This document shows positions 58,921-64,000 of a stretch of 64,000 bases of DNA, piece by piece (the first letter of the stretch is position 1; each line of letters starts with the position of its first letter). The notes beneath the pieces are model-generated. The model did not search any database and was not told the DNA's origin. It was given only the letters and a program-made list of their open reading frames with translations. Source of the stretch: Macrostomum lignano (taxonomy: Eukaryota); contig NIVC01000099.1 of NCBI GenBank assembly GCA_002269645.1, forward strand, positions 62,001 through 126,000, written 5' to 3'. The position numbers were made by a program, and so were the translations under genes.

Positions 58921-59249
58921 AATCCATTCTGCTCCCTTCTCATCCATTCTGATCCATTCTACTCCCTTCTCGTCCATTCGAATCCTTTCTCATCCAGTCT
59001 ACTCCCTTCCTTGAATTATAGTCACAAAAGCGCTGCAGACTACTGGAGTGCAGAGTAGGATGGTTCGTCTCCAGAATTAGCTTTTTGTGTCTTCCTTGGT
59101 TGTTTTAATGATGAAAAAAGCTCCGCATGCTCTCTGTTAGGCAGATTAATTAATGAAGCCATAAAAAGTCCCTTCGTCAAACTTCATGCATATTAGAACT
59201 TTGATAATGAGTGAGTTTAGCCATCCTCATTATAAATTTACTAACACAT

Positions 59250-60409
59250 TCAGCCACACTGCACGGAATCAGACAGCAACCTGCGCAGCAAAATGTTGCG
59301 ACAGATCAAATAGTCCAACAGGGAGTTCCAGTCAACACTGGATCGCTCTCTGCTGCCGCTTCCTCCCATCTTGCTGTAGTCATGACGGAATTGCCCGCAG
59401 CGGCAGGTCTTCACCGAGTGCTCGCTGACGCACTGGCCTGTCAGGGAGTGCGGGCAGCGGGACTGGCGGTGGCAGTGCAGGTCGTTGGAGCACTCAGTGC
59501 ACAGGCAAACTCCTCGGGTTGATAGACCGTGCGGCTGGTAGCACTTGGGCAGCAGCTCCGTCTCTTGCCTGCCAGGTTGGTCAGAGCGGGTTCTTTTGAC
59601 GCTTTGCATTAATAGCGCGGCTTCTTGTTGTTGCTGTCACCACGGTGGTCTCGTGTGCCTGGGGCCTTATTAACCCCCACCCCTCCTCTCCCGCTGTGTT
59701 CTTGTGTGCCTGGGGCCTTATTAACCCCCACCCCTCCTCTCCCGCTGTGTTCTTGTGTGCCTGGGGCCTTATTAACCCCCACCCCTCCTCTCCCGCTGTG
59801 TTCTTGTGTGCCTGGGGCCTTATTAACCCCCACCCCTCCTCTCCCGCTGTGTTCTTGTGTGCCTGGGGCCTTATTAACCCCCACCCCTCCTCTCCCGCTG
59901 TGTTCTTGTGTGCCTGGGGCCTTAACCCCCACCCCTCCTTTCCCGCTGTGTTCTTGTGTGCCTGGGGCCTTATTAACCCCCACCCCTCCCCTCCCGCTGT
60001 GTTCTTGTGTGCCTGGGGCCTTATTAACCCCCACCCCTCCTCTCCCGATGTGTTCTTGTGTGCTTGGGGTCTCAAACACAAGCAATAAAAATATCCAGCC
60101 CAGCACTCACTTGGCCTCGCTGTCCCCAATGTACTGGTCGTGGCTGCAGCCGCCGTGCATAGCCAGACAGTCCAAGTTAGTGTTGCATAAGTGCACGGCA
60201 TGGTGCTTGTAGGGATCCGGGTTGGCTTCCATCGCCTGCAGCTGGGCCGCATTGGCCTGGGTCTCAAGCTCCTCTTGGCTATCTTCGCTGGCGCCGCTCT
60301 TCTGATTCTTAGTCGTCGCTAAATCGACGGCAGAACCAAATGCGACTAGAAGCTGCAGCACAATGGACAAAGACCCCAGCATGACAAGCAGATTTCCGAA
60401 CCCGTGCAT
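59250..60409 (-). CDS. Secreted cysteine-rich protein with two 6-Cys modules, 2 exons
   Basis: Exon 1 60409-60111 (signal MHGFGNLLVMLGSLSIVLQLLVAFGSA), phase-2 GT-AG intron, exon 2 59568-59250. Modules CNTNLDC..C..C..CLC and CSNDLHC..C..C..CRC. In-frame upstream ATGs reach 60505. Confidence 0.75.
59655..60068. repeat. 51-bp minisatellite, ~8 copies, in the Cys-rich gene intron
   Basis: Unit gtgcctggggccttattaacccccacccctcctctcccgctgtgttcttgt. Confidence 0.95.
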
Positions 60410-61077
60410 GTCTCCGATAATATTTTTCGACCACTCTGAATAAAGTTTTTGATGATTGCCTACTCGGAACAGCAGATCCATCAGCTCCATTGTAAATTCA
60501 ATCATTTGGTTGCGGCCATAGAGTCCCGTTCGACAAGCATTGAATTCCAGTCGAAGCCGGGGTGCACTAAGACTGGCATCTGGATCCGTATTTTACATGG
60601 ATTGCTAGCCAGATGGAAGCTTTGAAAGAATTTACACAAAGAATTCAGACTATTCAAATCAATATGCGAGCTGAAACGTATAGAAAAATATAAAATCTGA
60701 AATCAGAAAGAATTAGCCTGAGCTTTCACTTTGACTCTCGCCTTTCTGCCCAGTTTCGTTAAGAAAAAGATAAGCTGCTGCTCGACCCATAACATTTTTT
60801 CATTATCAAAAACTTTACTGCTCAAGGGAAACTCTACTTAGAAAATGAAAAAAAGCCTGACATGAAGGTGCTCTGCTGGTGTGCCGCCTGCTCTCAATCG
60901 AACCTATTGAGCTGCTGCCACCGGCGCCTTATCTAAGCTCTGAGCGATAGCGACTCAAAGGAGCGCGGAGAATAAAAGTGCTCAGCTCTGCTCTGTTCCA
61001 AAGCGCACTTCGATCTAGCAGGCATTGTCGCCGAGCTCAACTCAAACTCTTCTCTTGGCCCCCAAACAGTTGCTCCA

Positions 61078-63223
61078 ATGGCTGCCGATCCAGAGTCCAT
61101 CAACATGGAGATGTACGCGGAGCCCGAGAACAGCTCAGACACAGCCCGGATCTGGGAGCGGGTCCGGCAGCAGCTCAACCCGGCCAGGCACTCCATCGCT
61201 GAGAACATCCTGGCTGGCATTGTCGTTCTGCTGCTGGTTGTGGTCATCGCCCTGGCTGCCACCCACGGCGGTGGTGCTGGCGGCGGCGGTGGGGTTGACA
61301 CTGCGTGCCAAACTGAGGCCTGCCTGTATCGCTCCGGCTACCTGGTGAGGGACCACTGCAGTCAGATTCCCCACCGATTCCCCACCGATTCCCAACCGAT
61401 CCCCCCTCCGATTCCCCACCGATTCCCCACCAATTCCTCACCGATTCCTTACCGATTCTCCACCGATTCCCCATCGATTCCCCACCGATTTCCCACCGAT
61501 TCCTTACCGATTCCCCACCGATTCCCAACCGATTTCCCACCGATTCCCCACCGATTCCCCATCGATTCCCCACCGATTTCCCACCGATTCCCCACCGATT
61601 CCCCACCGATTCCCCACCGATTCCCCACCGATTCCCAACCGATTTCCCACCGATTCCCCACCGATTCCCCATCGATTCCCCACCGATTTCCCACCGATTC
61701 CCCACCGATTCCCCACCGATTCCCCACCGATTCTCCACTGATTACCCACTGATTCCCTCGGTTGGAATCACAGCTCGCAGTCTCCCTGTACTTCTAAACT
61801 TCAAGCCACCATTTCTCCCCAGGTGAGTTTCCTCAACCGCTCGGCCAGCCCGTGCGATAATTTCTACGCTTTCGCCTGCGGCGCCGCCGAGCAGGTGATG
61901 CCGATAAACCCGGCTTACCGCGAGCGGACGGTCAGCGGCGAGCTGATCAGGCAGAACGCCGACAAGCTCGAGGCCGCCCTCCGTTCGCCGATCGTTCGCA
62001 ACTCGGCGGACTCCTACGAACGAAAGTTGAAAACAATTTTCGGCACCTGCATTGACGACTTTCGAATCGAACGGGTGCGCGGCGCCCTGTTCGCCGACCT
62101 GCTGCGGCGTCAGTTCTACGTGATGAACGGCTCGGTGGTCGGCCAGTTCGACCTCGACCGCGAGCTGCTCTCCGCCGTGAAAACCTTCGGAGCTTCGGCC
62201 TTCTTCGAGTACCGGGTGGAGCCGAACCCGCTGGACGGAGGCCGGTACACGATTTCGGTGAGGGTGTTGCCTGTCCTGAAGCTCAGGTCCTGAAGCTCAA
62301 GGTGCTCTGCTCTGAGTGCGGCAAGTAAACTTATTTCGCCCTTATTTCCAGATTTACAACGGCGGGATCGGCATGCTGCCTGCCATGTACCTGTTCGACT
62401 TTGTGAGTACTGGACGCAGCTGTCTGTGCACTGGTGCGCGATTGAAGAAAGGACACAGGGAAATGGCTGTACATGTGGAGCAGAGATCACTTGGGATGTA
62501 AGCGGATACTGGGTCAGAGAGTACACAGGGTCAGAGAGTACACAGGGTCAGAGAGTACACAGGGTCAGAGAGTACACAGGGTCAGAGAGTACACAGGGTC
62601 AGAGAGTACACAGGGTCAGAGAGTACACAGGGTCAGAGAGTACACAGGGTCAGAGAGTACACAGGGTCAGAGAGTACACAGGGTCAGAGAGTACACAGGG
62701 TCAGAGAGTACTTTATTTCCAGTACCACAGGCAGCGCGAGTCCTACAAGGAGTACATGAGAGCAACAGCAAAACTCCTGGTTGCCGACGCCGAGCCCGGC
62801 ACGGTCGATAATCCGAACGGCGTCACGGCGCGCATCGAGAACTTCGTGCTCGACGTCATGGAGATCGAGACGGCCCTCGCCAATGTGAGCTCTGTGGAAG
62901 AATTCACCTAGCAGGGAAATATGGTTGGGGAGAATTCTCCCAATTACCAAAGCACTGTCCCACTGTCAATACCAACAGTTCAGCAGGAACGCCGCTGGAC
63001 CGGACCCCGACAAGCCGCCGCTGGCTCCTGGCAACCAAATCAGCCTGACTGAGATGGACTCGAGCTACCAGCCAATCAGGTGGTCCGCGCTGTTCAGCGG
63101 CACCCTTGAGTCCGGGGTGCAGGGCTCCACCAGAGTGGCAGTGCAGACGGCTGACTACCTGAGGCGGGCGATGACCTACGTTGGGGAGACCATCAGGTTG
63201 CTGCACCCAGTCGATTATAACAG
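61078..63223 (+). CDS. M13 family zinc metallopeptidase (neprilysin/ECE-like), 5' exons; gene continues beyond the window
   Basis: Exons 61078-61344, 61823-62257, 62352-62402, 62723-62884, 62979-63223 (last donor AG/GCAAGT). Type II signal-anchor ILAGIVVLLLVVVIALAA; CQTEACL; FLNRSASPCDNFYAFACG; KLKTIFGTCID; YKEYM..FVLDVMEIETALAN; QTADYLR. The HExxH motif is not in the window. Confidence 0.9.
61365..61750. repeat. 11-bp minisatellite (ccccaccgatt) in M13 intron 1
   Basis: Directly visible. Confidence 0.95.
62512..62710. repeat. 17-bp minisatellite (cagagagtacacagggt) in M13 intron 3
   Basis: About 11-12 near-perfect units ending at the polypyrimidine tract. Confidence 0.95.
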
Positions 63224-63321
63224 GCAAGTCGATTCCCGTTGAGACCGACGTCGCTTTGCTAGACAGGGAGTCCCTCTTGTTAGAGGCAGGAGTCACGTTT
63301 TACGAGCTATAAACATATTCA

Positions 63322-64000
63322 CCCGCTATAGACACCGGATTTACCCGCTACAGACACAGGATTTACCCGCTACAGACACAGGATTTACCCGCTAGAGACA
63401 CAGGATTTACCCGCTACAGACACAGGATTTACCCGCTAGAGACACAGGATTTACCCGCTACAGACACAGGATTTACCCGCTACAGACACAGGATTTACCC
63501 GCTACAGACACCGGATTTACCCGCTACAGACACAGGATTTACCCGCTACAGACACCGGATTTACCCGCTACAGACACAGGATTTACCCGCTACAGACACA
63601 GGATTTACCCGCTACAGACACAGGATTTACCCGCTACAGACACAGGATTTACCCGCTAGAGACACAGGATTTACCCGCTACAGACACAGGGTTTACCCGC
63701 TACAGACACAGGATTTACCCGCTACAGACACAGGATTTACCCGCTACAGACACAGGATTTACCCGCTACAGACACAGGATTTACCCGCTACAGACACAGG
63801 ATTTACCCGCTACAGACACATGATTTACCCGCTACAGACACAGGATTTACCCGCTACAGACACAGGATTTACCCGCTACAGACACAGGATTTACCCGCTA
63901 CAGACACAGGATTTACCCGCTACAGACACAGGATTTACCCGCTACAGACACAGGATTTACCCGCTACAGACACAGGATTTACCCGCTACAGACACAGGAT
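63322..64000. repeat. 22-bp minisatellite (ttacccgctacagacacaggat) in M13 intron 5, running off the window end
   Basis: Directly visible. Confidence 0.97.

Noticed and set aside
61244-61752. GNRWGIGGESV and HRFPTDSPP repeat ORFs
   Set aside because: They come from an 11-bp intronic minisatellite in the M13 gene; the coding exon ends at 61344.

Overview
Eukaryotic (animal) genomic DNA with GC-rich exons, short GT-AG/GC-AG introns and many intronic mini/microsatellites. The style suggests a free-living flatworm such as Macrostomum; this is inference, not verified. Genes I could build by hand from splice signals: TTC17 (9 exons, -), a coiled-coil protein (-), a soluble TM-less STING homologue with an N-terminal TIR/SEFIR-like domain and a probable second C-terminal TIR-like domain (+), a secreted PAN/Apple + ALK/LTK glycine-rich protein (+), a MUC4/SUSD2-like NIDO-AMOP-VWD-EGF-SEA membrane protein (+), an AMPA-type glutamate receptor with a genomically encoded Arg at the Q/R site (-), an orphan type I membrane protein (+), a PAN + LamG-like secreted protein (-) whose intron holds an intact Chapaev3-type DNA transposon, two small Cys-rich secreted proteins, and the 5' part of an M13 (neprilysin/ECE) peptidase (+). 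Mobile DNA also includes two tRNA-headed CORE-SINE copies, a 9-bp-TSD MITE, a hAT end and a decayed RNase H-bearing LINE. The strongest candidate for a new system is the TIR-STING-TIR-like gene at 17.4-19.6 kb. All homology calls come from motif recognition by eye; no searches were run. Most long ORFs in the ORF track that cross tandem repeats are artefacts.
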